Shown here: positions 12,101-27,100 of the stretch, piece after piece
How the letters are laid out: every line of letters starts with the position of its first letter
How positions within the stretch are numbered: position 1 is the stretch's first letter
Origin: the human T2T-CHM13v2.0 reference genome, Homo sapiens
Assembly (NCBI RefSeq): GCF_009914755.1
Contig: NC_060931.1
Direction: 5' to 3' (one strand)
Length of the DNA: 64,000 bases
Translations under genes and position numbers: made by a program
Notes under the pieces: generated by a model
Told to the model about the DNA's origin: nothing
The model's database searches: none
What the model saw: the letters and a program-made list of their open reading frames with translations, nothing else

Positions 12101-15100
12101 CAATTGGATATATGGACCTGTTTGAGGCCTCCGTTGGAAACGGGATTTCTTCATTGAATGCTAGACGGAAGAATTCTCAGTAAATTCTTTGTGTTGTGTG
12201 CATTGAACTCACAGAGTGGAACGTCCCTTTAGACAGAGCAGATTTGAAACACTCTTTTTGCGGAATTTGCAAGTGGAGATTTCTAGCCATTTGATGCCAA
12301 CAGTAGAAAGGGAAATATCTTCAAATAAAAACCAGACAGAATCATTCTCAGAAAATTCTTTGTGATGTGTGCGTTCAACTCACATAGTTTAACCTTTCTT
12401 TTCATAGAGCAGTTTGGAAACACTCTGTTTGTAAAGTCTGCAAGTGGATATATGGACCGCATTGAGGCCTTCGTTGGAAACGGGATTTCTTCATTTCATG
12501 CTAGACAGAAGAATTCTCAGTAACTTCTTTGTGCTGTGTGTATTCAACTCACAGAGTGGAACGTCCCTTTGCACAGAGCAGATTTGAAACACTCTTTTTG
12601 TGGAGTTTGCAAGTGGAGATTTCAAGCGATTTGATGCCAACAGTAGAAAAGGAAATATCTTCAAATAAAAACTAGACAGAATCATTCTCAGAAACTACTT
12701 TGTGATGTGTGCCTTCAACTCACAGAGTTTAACCTTTCTTTTCTTAGAGCAGTTTAGAAACACTCTGCTTGTTATGTCTGCAAGTGGATATTTGGACCTC
12801 TTTGAGGCCTTCGTTGCAAACGGGGTTTCTTCCTTTAATGCTAGACTAAGAAGAGTTCTCAGTAACTTTTTTGTGTTGTGTGTATTCAACTCACAGAGTT
12901 GAACCTTGCTTTAGAGAGAGCAGATTTGAAACACTCTTGCTGTGGCATTTTCAGGTGGAGATTTCAAGCGATTTGAGGACAATTGCAGAAAAGGAAATAT
13001 CTTCGTATAATAACCAGACAGAATCATTCTCAGAAAGTGCTTTGTGATGTGTGCGTTCAACTCACAGAGTTTAACCTTTCTTTTCATAGAGGAGTTTGGA
13101 AACACACTGTTTTTAAAGTCTGCAATTGGATATATGGACCTGTTTGAGGCCTTCGTTGGAAACGGGATTTCTTCATTGAATGCTAGACGGAAGAATTCTC
13201 AGTAAATTCTTTGTGTTGTGTGCATTCAACTCACAGAGTGGAACGTCCCTTTAGACAGAGCAGATTTGAAACACTCTTTTTGCGGAATTTGCAAGTGGAG
13301 ATTTCTAGCCATTTGATGCCAACAGTAGAAAGGGAAATATCTTCAAATAAAAACCAGACAGAATCATTCTCAGAAAATTCTTTGTGATGTGTGCGTTCAA
13401 CTCACATAGTTTAACCTTTCTTTTCATAGAGCAGTTTGGAAACACTCTGTTTGTAAAGTCTGCAAGTGGATATATGGACCGCATTGAGGCCTTCGTTGGA
13501 AACGGGATTTCTTCATTTCATGCTAGACAGAAGAATTCTCAGTAACTTCTTTGTGCTGTGTGTATTCAACTCACAGAGTGGAACGTCCCTTTACACAGAG
13601 CAGATTTGAAACACTCTTTTTGTGGAGTTTGCAAGTGGAGATTTCAAGCGATTTGATGCCAACAGTAGAAAAGGAAATATCTTCAAATAAAAACTAGACA
13701 GAATCATTCTCAGAAACTACTTTGTGATGTGTGCCTTCAACTCACAGAGTTTAACCTTTCTTTTCTTAGAGCAGTTTAGAAACACTCTGCTTGTTATGTC
13801 TGCAAGTGGATATTTGGACCTCTTTGAGGCCTTCGTTGCAAACGGGGTTTCTTCCTTTCATGCTAGACTAAGAAGAGTTCTCAGTAACTTTTTTGTGTTG
13901 TGTGTATTCAACTCACAGAGTTGAACCTTGCTTTAGAGAGAGCAGATTTGAAACACTCTTGCTGTGGCATTTTCAGGTGGAGATTTCAAGCGATTTGAGG
14001 ACAATTGCAGAAAAGGAAATATCTTCGTATAATAACCAGACAGAATCATTCTCAGAAAGTGCTTTGTGATGTGTGCGTTCAACTCACAGAGTTTAACCTT
14101 TCTTTTCATAGAGGAGTTTGGAAACACACTGTTTGTAAAGTCTGCAATTGGATATATGGACCTGTTTGAGGCCTCCTTTGGAAACGGGATTTCTTCATTG
14201 AATGCTAGACGGAAGAATTCTCAGTAAATTCTTTGTGTTGTGTGCATTCAACTCAGAGAGTGGAACGTCCCTTTAGACAGAGCAGATTTGAAACACTCTT
14301 TTTGCGGAATTTGCAAGTGGAGATTTCTAGCCATTTGATGCCAACAGTAGAAAGGGAAATATCTTCAAATAAAAACCAGACAGAATCATTCTCAGAAAAT
14401 TCTTTGTGATGTGTGCGTTCAACTCACATAGTTTAACCTTTCTTTTCATAGAGCAGTTTGGAAACACTCTGTTTGTAAAGTCTGCAAGTGGATATATGGA
14501 CCGCATTGAGGCCTTCGTTGGAACCGGGATTTCTTCATTTCATGCTAGACAGAAGAATTCTCAGTAACTTCTTTGTGCTGTGTGTATTCAACTCACAGAG
14601 TGGAACGTCCCTTTGCACAGAGCAGATTTGAAACACTCTTTTTGTGGAGTTTGCAAGTGGAGATTTCAAGCGATTTGATGCCAACAGTAGAAAAGGAAAT
14701 ATCTTCAAATAAAAACTAGACAGAATCATTCTCAGGAACTACTTTGTGATGTGTGCCTTCAACTCACAGAGTTTAACCTTTCTTTTCTTAGAGCAGTTTA
14801 GAAACACTCTGCTTGTTATGTCTTCAAGTGGATATTTGGACCTCTTTGAGGCCTTCGTTGCAAACGGGGTTTCTTCCTTTAATGCTAGACTAAGAAGAGT
14901 TCTCAGTAACTTTTTTGTGTTGTGTGTATTCAACTCACAGAGTTGAACCTTGCTTTAGAGAGAGCAGATTTGAAACACTCTTGCTGTGGAATTTTCAGGT
15001 GGAGATTTCAAGCGATTTGAGGACAATTGCAGAAACGGAAATATCTTCGTATAATAACCAGACAGAATCATTCTCAGAAAGTGCTTTGTGATGTGTGCGT

Positions 15101-18100
15101 TCAACTCACAGAGTTTAACCTTTCTTTTCATAGAGGAGCTTGGAAACACACTGTTTGTAAAGTCTGCAATTGGATATATGGACCTGTTTGAGGCCTCCGT
15201 TGGAAACGGGATTTCTTCATTGAATGCTAGACGGAAGAATTCTCAGTAAATTCTTTGTGTTGTGTGCATTGAACTCACAGAGTGGAACGTCCCTTTAGAC
15301 AGAGCAGATTTGAAACACTCTTTTTGCGGAATTTGCAAGTGGAGATTTCTAGCCATTTGATGCCAACAGTAGAAAGGGAAATATCTTCAAATAAAAACCA
15401 GACAGAATCATTCTCAGAAAATTCTTTGTGATGTGTGCGTTCAACTCACATAGTTTAACCTTTCTTTTCATAGAGCAGTTTGGAAACACTCTGTTTGTAG
15501 AGTCTGCAAGTGGATATATGGACCGCATTGAGGCCTTCGTTGGAAACGGGATTTCTTCATTTCATGCTAGACAGAAGAATTCTCAGTAACTTCTTTGTGC
15601 TGTGTGTATTCAACTCACAGAGTGGAACGTCCCTTTGCACAGAGCAGATTTGAAACACTCTTTTTGTGGAGTTTGCAAGTGGAGATTTCAAGCGATTTGA
15701 TGCCAACAGTAGAAAATGAAATATCTTCAAATAAAAACTAGACAGAATCATTCTCAGAAACTACTTTGTGATGTGTGCCTTCAACTCACAGAGTTTAACC
15801 TTTCTTTTCTTAGAGCAGTTTAGAAACACTCTGCTTGTTATGTCTGCAAGTGGATATTTGGACCTCTTTGAGGCCTTCGTTGCAAACGGGGTTTCTTCCT
15901 TTAATGCTAGACTAAGAAGAGTTCTCAGTAACTTTTTTGTGTTGTGTGTATTCAACTCACAGAGTTGAACCTTGCTTTAGAGAGAGCAGATTTGAAACAC
16001 TCTTGCTGTGGCATTTTCAGGTGGAGATTTCAAGCGATTTGAGGACAATTGCAGAAAAGGAAATATCTTCGTATAATAACCAGACAGAATCATTCTCAGA
16101 AAGTGCTTTGTGATGTGTGCGTTCAACTCACAGAGTTTAACCTTTCTTTTCATAGAGGAGTTTGGAAACACACTGTTTGTAAAGTCTGCAATTGGATATA
16201 TGGACCTGTTTGAGGCCTTCGTTGGAAACGGGATTTCTTCATTGAATGCTAGACGGAAGAATTCTCAGTAAATTCTTTGTGTTGTGTGCATTCAACTCAC
16301 AGAGTGGAACGTCCCTTTAGACAGAGCAGATTTGAAACACTCTTTTTGCGGAATTTGCAAGTGGAGATTTCTAGCCATTTGATGCCAACAGTAGAAAGGG
16401 AAATATCTTCAAATAAAAACCAGACAGAATCATTCTCAGAAAATTCTTTGTGATGTGTGCGTTCAACTCACATAGTTTAACCTTTCTTTTCATAGAGCAG
16501 TTTGGAAACACTCTGTTTGTAAAGTCTGCAAGTGGATATATGGACCTGTTTGAGGCCTTCGTTGGAAACGGGATTTCTTCATTTCATGCTAGACAGAAGA
16601 ATTCTCAGTAACTTCTTTGTGCTGTGTGTATTCAACTCACAGAGTGGAACGTCCCTTTGCACAGAGCAGATTTGAAACACTCTTTTTGTGGAGTTTGCAA
16701 GTGGAGATTTCAAGCGATTTGATGCCAACAGTAGAAAAGGAAATATCTTCAAATAAAAACTAGACAGAATCATTCTCAGAAACTACTTTGTGATGTGTGC
16801 CTTCAACTCACAGAGTTTAACCTTTCTTTTCTTAGAGCAGTTTAGAAACACTCTGCTTGTTATGTCTGCAAGTGGATATTTGGACCTCTTTGAGGCCTTC
16901 GTTGCAAACGGGGTTTCTTCCTTTAATGCTAGACTAAGAAGAGTTCTCAGTAACTTTTTTGTGTTGTGTGTATTCAACTCACAGAGTTGAACCTTGCTTT
17001 AGAGAGAGCAGATTTGAAACACTCTCGCTGTGGAATTTTCAGGTGGAGATTTCAAGCGATTTGAGGACAATTGCAGAAAAGGAAATATCTTCGTATAATA
17101 ACCAGACAGAATCATTCTCAGAAAGTGCTTTGTGATGTGTGCGTTCAACTCACAGAGTTTAACCTTTCTTTTCATAGAGGAGCTTGGAAACACACTGTTT
17201 GTAAAGTCTGCAATTGGATATATGGACCTGTTTGAGGCCTCCGTTGGAAACGGGATTTCTTCATTGAATGCTAGACGGAAGAATTCTCAGTAAATTCTTT
17301 GTGTTGTGTGCATTGAACTCAGAGAGTGGAACGTCCCTTTAGACAGAGCAGATTTGAAACACTCTTTTTGCGGAATTTGCAAGTGGAGATTTCTAGCCAT
17401 TTGATGTCAACAGTAGAAAGGGAAATATCTTCAAATAAAAACCAGACAGAATCATTCTCAGAAAATTCTTTGTGATGTGTGCGTTCAACTCACATAGTTT
17501 AACCTTTCTTTTCATAGAGCAGTTTGGAAACACTCTGTTTGTAAAGTCTGCAAGTGGATATATGGACCGCATTGAGGCCTTCGTTGGAAACGGGATTTCT
17601 TCATTTCATGCTAGACAGAAGAATTCTCAGTAACTTCTTTGTGCTGTGTGTATTCAACTCAAAGAGTGGAACGTCCCTTTACACAGAGCAGATTTGAAAC
17701 ACTCTTTTTGTGGAGTTTGCAAGTGGAGATTTCAAGCGATTTGATGCCAACAGTATAAAAGGAAATATCTTCAAATAAAAACTAGACAGAATCATTCTCA
17801 GAAACTACTTTGTGATGTGTGCCTTTAACTCACAGAGTTTAACCTTTCTTTTCTTAGAGCAGTTTAGAAACACTCTGCTTGTTATGTCTGCAAGTGGATA
17901 TTTGGACCTCTTTGAGGCCTTCGTTGCAAACGGGGTTTCTTCCTTTCATGCTAGACTAAGAAGAGTTCTCAGTAACTTTTTTGTGTTGTGTGTATTCAAC
18001 TCACAGAGTTGAACCTTGCTTTAGAGAGAGCAGATTTGAAACACTCTTGCTGTGGCATTTTCAGGTGGAGATTTCAAGCGATTTGAGGACAATTGCAGAA

Positions 18101-21100
18101 AAGGAAATATCTTCGTATAATAACCAGACAGAATCATTCTCAGAAAGTGCTTTGTGATGTGTGCGTTCAACTCACAGAGTTTAACCTTTCTTTTCATAGA
18201 GGAGTTTGGAAACACACTGTTTGTAAAGTCTGCAATTGGATATATGGACCTGTTTGAGGCCTCCGTTGGAAACGGGATTTCTTCATTGAATGCTAGACGG
18301 AAGAATTCTCAGTAAATTCTTTGTGTTGTGTGCATTCAACTCAGAGAGTGGAACGTCCCTTTAGACAGAGCAGATTTGAAACACTCTTTTTGCGGAATTT
18401 GCAAGTGGAGATTTCTAGCCATTTGATGCCAACAGTAGAAAGGGAAATATCTTCAAATAAAAACCAGACAGAATCATTCTCAGAAAATTCTTTGTGATGT
18501 GTGCGTTCAACTCACATAGTTTAACCTTTCTTTTCATAGAGCAGTTTGGAAACACTCTGTTTGTAAAGTCTGCAAGTGGATATATGGACCGCATTGAGGC
18601 CTTCGTTGGAAACGGGATTTCTTCATTTCATGCTAGACAGAAGAATTCTCAGTAACTTCTTTGTGCTGTGTGTATTCAACTCACAGAGTGGAACGTCCCT
18701 TTGCACAGAGCAGATTTGAAACACTCTTTTTGTGGAGTTTGCAAGTGGAGATTTCAAGCGATTTGATGCCAACAGTAGAAAAGGAAATATCTTCAAATAA
18801 AAACTAGACAGAATCATTCTCAGGAACTACTTTGTGATGTGTGCCTTCAACTCACAGAGTTTAACCTTTCTTTTCTTAGAGCAGTTTAGAAACACTCTGC
18901 TTGTTATGTCTGCAAGTGGATATTTGGACCTCTTTGAGGCCTTCGTTGCAAACGGGGTTTCTTCCTTTAATGCTAGACTAAGAAGAGTTCTCAGTAACTT
19001 TTTTGTGTTGTGTGTATTCAACTCACAGAGTTGAACCTTGCTTTAGAGAGAGCAGATTTGAAACACTCTTGCTGTGGAATTTTCAGGTGGAGATTTCAAG
19101 CGATTTGAGGACAATTGCAGAAAAGGAAATATCTTCGTATAATAACCAGACAGAATCATTCTCAGAAAGTGCTTTGTGATGTGTGCGTTCAACTCACAGA
19201 GTTTAACCTTTCGTTTCATAGAGGAGCTTGGAAACACACTGTTTGTAAAGTCTGCAATTGGATATATGGACCTGTTTGAGGCCTCCGTTGGAAACGGGAT
19301 TTCTTCATTGAATGCTAGACGGAAGAATTCTCAGTAAATTCTTTGTGTTGTGTGCATTGAACTCACAGAGTGGAACGTCCCTTTAGACAGAGCAGATTTG
19401 AAACACTCTTTTTGCGGAATTTGCAAGTGGAGATTTCTAGCCATTTGATGCCAACAGTAGAAAGGGAAATATCTTCAAATAAAAACCAGACAGAATCATT
19501 CTCAGAAAATTCTTTGTGATGTGTGCGTTCAACTCACATAGTTTAACCTTTCTTTTCATAGAGCAGTTTGGAAACACTCTGTTTGTAAAGTCTGCAAGTG
19601 GATATATGGACCGCATTGAGGCCTTCGTTGGAAACGGGATTTCTTCATTTCATGCTAGACAGAAGAATTCTCAGTAACTTCTTTGTGCTGTGTGTATTCA
19701 ACTCACAGAGTGGAACGTCCCTTTGCACAGAGCAGATTTGAAACACTCTTTTTGTGGAGTTTGCAAGTGGAGATTTCAAGCGATTTGATGCCAACAGTAG
19801 AAAAGGAAATATCTTCAAATAAAAACTAGACAGAATCATTCTCAGAAACTACTTTGTGATGTGTGCCTTCAACTCACAGAGTTTAACCTTTCTTTTCTTA
19901 GAGCAGTTTAGAAACACTCTGCTTGTTATGTCTGCAAGTGGATATTTGGACCTCTTGGAGGCCTTCGTTGCAAACGGGGTTTCTTCCTTTCATGCTAGAC
20001 TAAGAAGAGTTCTCAGTAACTTTTTTGTGTTGTGTGTATTCAACTCACAGAGTTGAACCTTGCTTTAGAGAGAGCAGATTTGAAACACTCTTGCTGTGGC
20101 ATTTTCAGGTGGAGATTTCAAGCGATTTGAGGACAATTGCAGAAAAGGAAATATCTTCGTATAATAACCAGACAGAATCATTCTCAGAAAGTGCTTTGTG
20201 ATGTGTGCGTTCAACTCACAGAGTTTAACCTTTCTTTTCATAGAGGAGTTTGGAAACACACTGTTTGTAAAGTCTGCAATTGGATATATGGACCTGTTTG
20301 AGGCCTTCGTTGGAAACGGGATTTCTTCATTGAATGCTAGACGGAAGAATTCTCAGTAAATTCTTTGTGTTGTGTGCATTCAACTCACAGAGTGGAACGT
20401 CCCTTTAGACAGAGCAGATTTGAAACACTCTTTTTGCGGAATTTGCAAGTGGAGATTTCTAGCCATTTGATGCCAACAGTAGAAAGGGAAATATCTTCAA
20501 ATAAAAACCAGACAGAATCATTCTCAGAAAATTCTTTGTGATGTGTGCGTTCAACTCACATAGTTTAACCTTTCTTTTCATAGAGCAGTTTGGAAACACT
20601 CTGTTTGTAAAGTCTGCAAGTGGATATATGGACCGCATTGAGGCCTTCGTTGGAAACGGGATTTCTTCATTTCATGCTAGACAGAAGAATTCTCAGTAAC
20701 TTCTTTGTGCTGTGTGTATTCAACTCACAGAGTGGAACGTCCCTTTGCACAGAGCAGATTTGAAACACTCTTTTTGTGGAGTTTGCCAGTGGAGATTTCA
20801 AGCGATTTGATGCCAACAGTAGAAAAGGAAATATCTTCAAATAAAAACTAGACAGAATCATTCTCAGGAACTACTTTGTGATGTGTGCCTTCAACTCACA
20901 GAGTTTAACCTTTCTTTTCTTAGAGCAGTTTAGAAACACTCTGCTTGTTATGTCTGCAAGTGGATATTTGGACCTCTTTGAGGCCTTCGTTGCAAACGGG
21001 GTTTCTTCCTTTAATGCTAGACTAAGAAGAGTTCTCAGTAACTTTTTTGTGTTGTGTGTATTCAACTCACAGAGTTGAACCTTGCTTTAGAGAGAGCAGA

Positions 21101-24100
21101 TTTGAAACACTCTTGCTGTGGAATTTTCAGGTGGAGATTTCAAGCGATTTGAGGACAATTGCAGAAAAGGAAATATCTTCGTATAATAACCAGACAGACT
21201 CATTCTCAGAAAGTGCTTTGTGATGTGTGCGTTCAACTCACAGAGTTTAACCTTTCGTTTCATAGAGGAGCTTGGAAACACACTGTTTGTAAAGTGTGCA
21301 ATTGGATATATGGACCTGTTTGAGGCCTCCGTTGGAAACGGGATTTCTTCATTGAATGCTAGACGGAAGAATTCTCAGTAAATTCTTTGTGTTGTGTGCA
21401 TTGAACTCACAGAGTGGAACGTCCCTTTAGACAGAGCAGATTTGAAACACTCTTTTTGCGGAATTTGCAAGTGGAGATTTCTAGCCATTTGATGCCAACA
21501 GTAGAAAGGGAAATATCTTCAAATAAAAACCAGACAGAATCATTCTCAGAAAATTCTTTGTGATGTGTGCGTTCAACTCACATAGTTTAACCTTTCTTTT
21601 CATAGAGCAGTTTGGAAACACTCTGTTTGTAAAGTCTGCAAGTGGATATATGGACCGCATTGAGGCCTTCGTTGGAAACGGGATTTCTTCATTTCATGCT
21701 AGACAGAAGAATTCTCAGTAACTTCTTTGTGCTGTGTGTATTCAACTCACAGAGTGGAACGTCCCTTTGCACAGAGCAGATTTGAAACACTCTTTTTGTG
21801 GAGTTTGCAAGTGGAGATTTCAAGCGATTTGATGCCAACAGTAGAAAAGGAAATATCTTCAAATAAAAACTAGACAGAATCATTCTCAGAAACTACTTTG
21901 TGATGTGTGCCTTCAACTCACAGAGTTTAACCTTTCTTTTCTTAGAGCAGTTTAGAAACACTCTGCTTGTTATGTCTGCAAGTGGATATTTGGACCTCTT
22001 TGAGGCCTTCGTTGCAAACGGGGTTTCTTCCTTTCATGCTAGACTAAGAAGAGTTCTCAGTAACTTTTTTGTGTTGTGTGTATTCAACTCACAGAGTTGA
22101 ACCTTGCTTTAGAGAGAGCAGATTTGAAACACTCTTGCTGTGGCATTTTCAGGTGGAGATTTCAAGCGATTTGAGGACAATTGCAGAAAAGGAAATATCT
22201 TCGTATAATAACCAGACAGAATCATTCTCAGAAAGTGCTTTGTGATGTGTGCGTTCAACTCACAGAGTTTAACCTTTCTTTTCATAGAGGAGTTTGGAAA
22301 CACACTGTTTGTAAAGTCTGCAATTGGATATATGGACCTGTTTGAGGCCTTCGTTGGAAACGGGATTTCTTCATTGAATGCTAGACGGAAGAATTCTCAG
22401 TAAATTCTTTGTGTTGTGTGCATTCAACTCACAGAGTGGAACGTCCCTTTAGACAGAGCAGATTTGAAACACTCTTTTTGCGGAATTTGCAAGTGGAGAT
22501 TTCTAGCCATTTGATGCCAACAGTAGAAAGGGAAATATCTTCAAATAAAAACCAGACAGAATCATTCTCAGAAAATTCTTTGTGATGTGTGCGTTCAACT
22601 CACATAGTTTAACCTTTCTTTTCATAGAGCAGTTTGGAAACACTCTGTTTGTAAAGTCTGCAAGTGGATATATGGACCGCATTGAGGCCTTCGTTGGAAA
22701 CGGGATTTCTTCATTTCATGCTAGACAGAAGAATTCTCAGTAACTTCTTTGTGCTGTGTGTATTCAACTCACAGAGTGGAACGTCCCTTTACACAGAGCA
22801 GATTTGAAACACTCTTTTTGTGGAGTTTGCAAGTGGAGATTTCAAGCGATTTGATGCCAACAGTAGAAAAGGAAATATCTTCAAATAAAAACTAGACAGA
22901 ATCATTCTCAGAAACTACTTTGTGATGTGTGCCTTCAACTCACAGAGTTTAACCTTTCTTTTCTTAGAGCAGTTTAGAAACACTCTGCTTGTTATGTCTG
23001 CAAGTGGATATTTGGACCTCTTTGAGGCCTTCGTTGCAAACGGGGTTTCTTCCTTTCATGCTAGACTAAGAAGAGTTCTCAGTAACTTTTTTGTGTTGTG
23101 TGTATTCAACTCACAGAGTTGAACCTTGCTTTAGAGAGAGCAGATTTGAAACACTCTTGCTGTGGCATTTTCAGGTGGAGATTTCAAGCGATTTGAGGAC
23201 AATTGCAGAAAAGGAAATATCTTCGTATAATAACCAGACAGAATCATTCTCAGAAAGTGCTTTGTGATGTGTGCGTTCAACTCACAGAGTTTAACCTTTC
23301 TTTTCATAGAGGAGTTTGGAAACACACTGTTTGTAAAGTCTGCAATTGGATATATGGACCTGTTTGAGGCCTCCTTTGGAAACGGGATTTCTTCATTGAA
23401 TGCTAGACGGAAGAATTCTCAGTAAATTCTTTGTGTTGTGTGCATTCAACTCAGAGAGTGGAACGTCCCTTTAGACAGAGCAGATTTGAAACACTCTTTT
23501 TGCGGAATTTGCAAGTGGAGATTTCTAGCCATTTGATGCCAACAGTAGAAAGGGAAATATCTTCAAATAAAAACCAGACAGAATCATTCTCAGAAAATTC
23601 TTTGTGATGTGTGCGTTCAACTCACATAGTTTAACCTTTCTTTTCATAGAGCAGTTTGGAAACACTCTGTTTGTAAAGTCTGCAAGTGGATATATGGACC
23701 GCATTGAGGCCTTCGTTGGAACCGGGATTTCTTCATTTCATGCTAGACAGAAGAATTCTCAGTAACTTCTTTGTGCTGTGTGTATTCAACTCACAGAGTG
23801 GAACGTCCCTTTGCACAGAGCAGATTTGAAACACTCTTTTTGTGGAGTTTGCAAGTGGAGATTTCAAGCGATTTGATGCCAACAGTAGAAAAGGAAATAT
23901 CTTCAAATAAAAACTAGACAGAATCATTCTCAGGAACTACTTTGTGATGTGTGCCTTCAACTCACAGAGTTTAACCTTTCTTTTCTTAGAGCAGTTTAGA
24001 AACACTCTGCTTGTTATGTCTTCAAGTGGATATTTGGACCTCTTTGAGGCCTTCGTTGCAAACGGGGTTTCTTCCTTTAATGCTAGACTAAGAAGAGTTC

Positions 24101-27100
24101 TCAGTAACTTTTTTGTGTTGTGTGTATTCAACTCACAGAGTTGAACCTTGCTTTAGAGAGAGCAGATTTGAAACACTCTTGCTGTGGAATTTTCAGGTGG
24201 AGATTTCAAGCGATTTGAGGACAATTGCAGAAACGGAAATATCTTCGTATAATAACCAGACAGAATCATTCTCAGAAAGTGCTTTGTGATGTGTGCGTTC
24301 AACTCACAGAGTTTAACCTTTCTTTTCATAGAGGAGCTTGGAAACACACTGTTTGTAAAGTCTGCAATTGGATATATGGACCTGTTTGAGGCCTCCGTTG
24401 GAAACGGGATTTCTTCATTGAATGCTAGACGGAAGAATTCTCAGTAAATTCTTTGTGTTGTGTGCATTGAACTCACAGAGTGGAACGTCCCTTTAGACAG
24501 AGCAGATTTGAAACACTCTTTTTGCGGAATTTGCAAGTGGAGATTTCTAGCCATTTGATGCCAACAGTAGAAAGGGAAATATCTTCAAATAAAAACCAGA
24601 CAGAATCATTCTCAGAAAATTCTTTGTGATGTGTGCGTTCAACTCACATAGTTTAACCTTTCTTTTCATAGAGCAGTTTGGAAACACTCTGTTTGTAGAG
24701 TCTGCAAGTGGATATATGGACCGCATTGAGGCCTTCGTTGGAAACGGGATTTCTTCATTTCATGCTAGACAGAAGAATTCTCAGTAACTTCTTTGTGCTG
24801 TGTGTATTCAACTCACAGAGTGGAACGTCCCTTTGCACAGAGCAGATTTGAAACACTCTTTTTGTGGAGTTTGCAAGTGGAGATTTCAAGCGATTTGATG
24901 CCAACAGTAGAAAATGAAATATCTTCAAATAAAAACTAGACAGAATCATTCTCAGAAACTACTTTGTGATGTGTGCCTTCAACTCACAGAGTTTAACCTT
25001 TCTTTTCTTAGAGCAGTTTAGAAACACTCTGCTTGTTATGTCTGCAAGTGGATATTTGGACCTCTTTGAGGCCTTCGTTGCAAACGGGGTTTCTTCCTTT
25101 AATGCTAGACTAAGAAGAGTTCTCAGTAACTTTTTTGTGTTGTGTGTATTCAACTCACAGAGTTGAACCTTGCTTTAGAGAGAGCAGATTTGAAACACTC
25201 TTGCTGTGGCATTTTCAGGTGGAGATTTCAAGCGATTTGAGGACAATTGCAGAAAAGGAAATATCTTCGTATAATAACCAGACAGAATCATTCTCAGAAA
25301 GTGCTTTGTGATGTGTGCGTTCAACTCACAGAGTTTAACCTTTCTTTTCATAGAGGAGTTTGGAAACACACTGTTTGTAAAGTCTGCAATTGGATATATG
25401 GACCTGTTTGAGGCCTTCGTTGGAAACGGGATTTCTTCATTGAATGCTAGACGGAAGAATTCTCAGTAAATTCTTTGTGTTGTGTGCATTCAACTCACAG
25501 AGTGGAACGTCCCTTTAGACAGAGCAGATTTGAAACACTCTTTTTGCGGAATTTGCAAGTGGAGATTTCTAGCCATTTGATGCCAACAGTAGAAAGGGAA
25601 ATATCTTCAAATAAAAACCAGACAGAATCATTCTCAGAAAATTCTTTGTGATGTGTGCGTTCAACTCACATAGTTTAACCTTTCTTTTCATAGAGCAGTT
25701 TAGAAACACTCTGTTTGTAAAGTCTGCAAGTGGATATATGGACCTGTTTGAGGCCTTCGTTGGAAACGGGATTTCTTCATTTCATGCTAGACAGAAGAAT
25801 TCTCAGTAACTTCTTTGTGCTGTGTGTATTCAACTCACAGAGTGGAACGTCCCTTTGCACAGAGCAGATTTGAAACACTCTTTTTGTGGAGTTTGCAAGT
25901 GGAGATTTCAAGCGATTTGATGCCAACAGTAGAAAAGGAAATATCTTCAAATAAAAACTAGACAGAATCATTCTCAGAAACTACTTTGTGATGTGTGCCT
26001 TCAACTCACAGAGTTTAACCTTTCTTTTCTTAGAGCAGTTTAGAAACACTCTGCTTGTTATGTCTGCAAGTGGATATTTGGACCTCTTTGAGGCCTTCGT
26101 TGCAAACGGGGTTTCTTCCTTTAATGCTAGACTAAGAAGAGTTCTCAGTAACTTTTTTGTGTTGTGTGTATTCAACTCACAGAGTTGAACCTTGCTTTAG
26201 AGAGAGCAGATTTGAAACACTCTCGCTGTGGAATTTTCAGGTGGAGATTTCAAGCGATTTGAGGACAATTGCAGAAAAGGAAATATCTTCGTATAATAAC
26301 CAGACAGAATCATTCTCAGAAAGTGCTTTGTGATGTGTGCGTTCAACTCACAGAGTTTAACCTTTCTTTTCATAGAGGAGCTTGGAAACACACTGTTTGT
26401 AAAGTCTGCAATTGGATATATGGACCTGTTTGAGGCCTCCGTTGGAAACGGGATTTCTTCATTGAATGCTAGACGGAAGAATTCTCAGTAAATTCTTTGT
26501 GTTGTGTGCATTGAACTCAGAGAGTGGAACGTCCCTTTAGACAGAGCAGATTTGAAACACTCTTTTTGCGGAATTTGCAAGTGGAGATTTCTAGCCATTT
26601 GATGTCAACAGTAGAAAGGGAAATATCTTCAAATAAAAACCAGACAGAATCATTCTCAGAAAATTCTTTGTGATGTGTGCGTTCAACTCACATAGTTTAA
26701 CCTTTCTTTTCATAGAGCAGTTTGGAAACACTCTGTTTGTAAAGTCTGCAAGTGGATATATGGACCGCATTGAGGCCTTCGTTGGAAACGGGATTTCTTC
26801 ATTTCATGCTAGACAGAAGAATTCTCAGTAACTTCTTTGTGCTGTGTGTATTCAACTCAAAGAGTGGAACGTCCCTTTACACAGAGCAGATTTGAAACAC
26901 TCTTTTTGTGGAGTTTGCAAGTGGAGATTTCAAGCGATTTGATGCCAACAGTATAAAAGGAAATATCTTCAAATAAAAACTAGACAGAATCATTCTCAGA
27001 AACTACTTTGTGATGTGTGCCTTTAACTCACAGAGTTTAACCTTTCTTTTCTTAGAGCAGTTTAGAAACACTCTGCTTGTTATGTCTGCAAGTGGATATT

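Noticed and set aside
14513-14529. CTTCGTTGGAACCGGGA as a disrupted CENP-B box (also at 23711)
   Set aside because: The change is at position 12, outside the nine core bases, so the motif is still satisfied.
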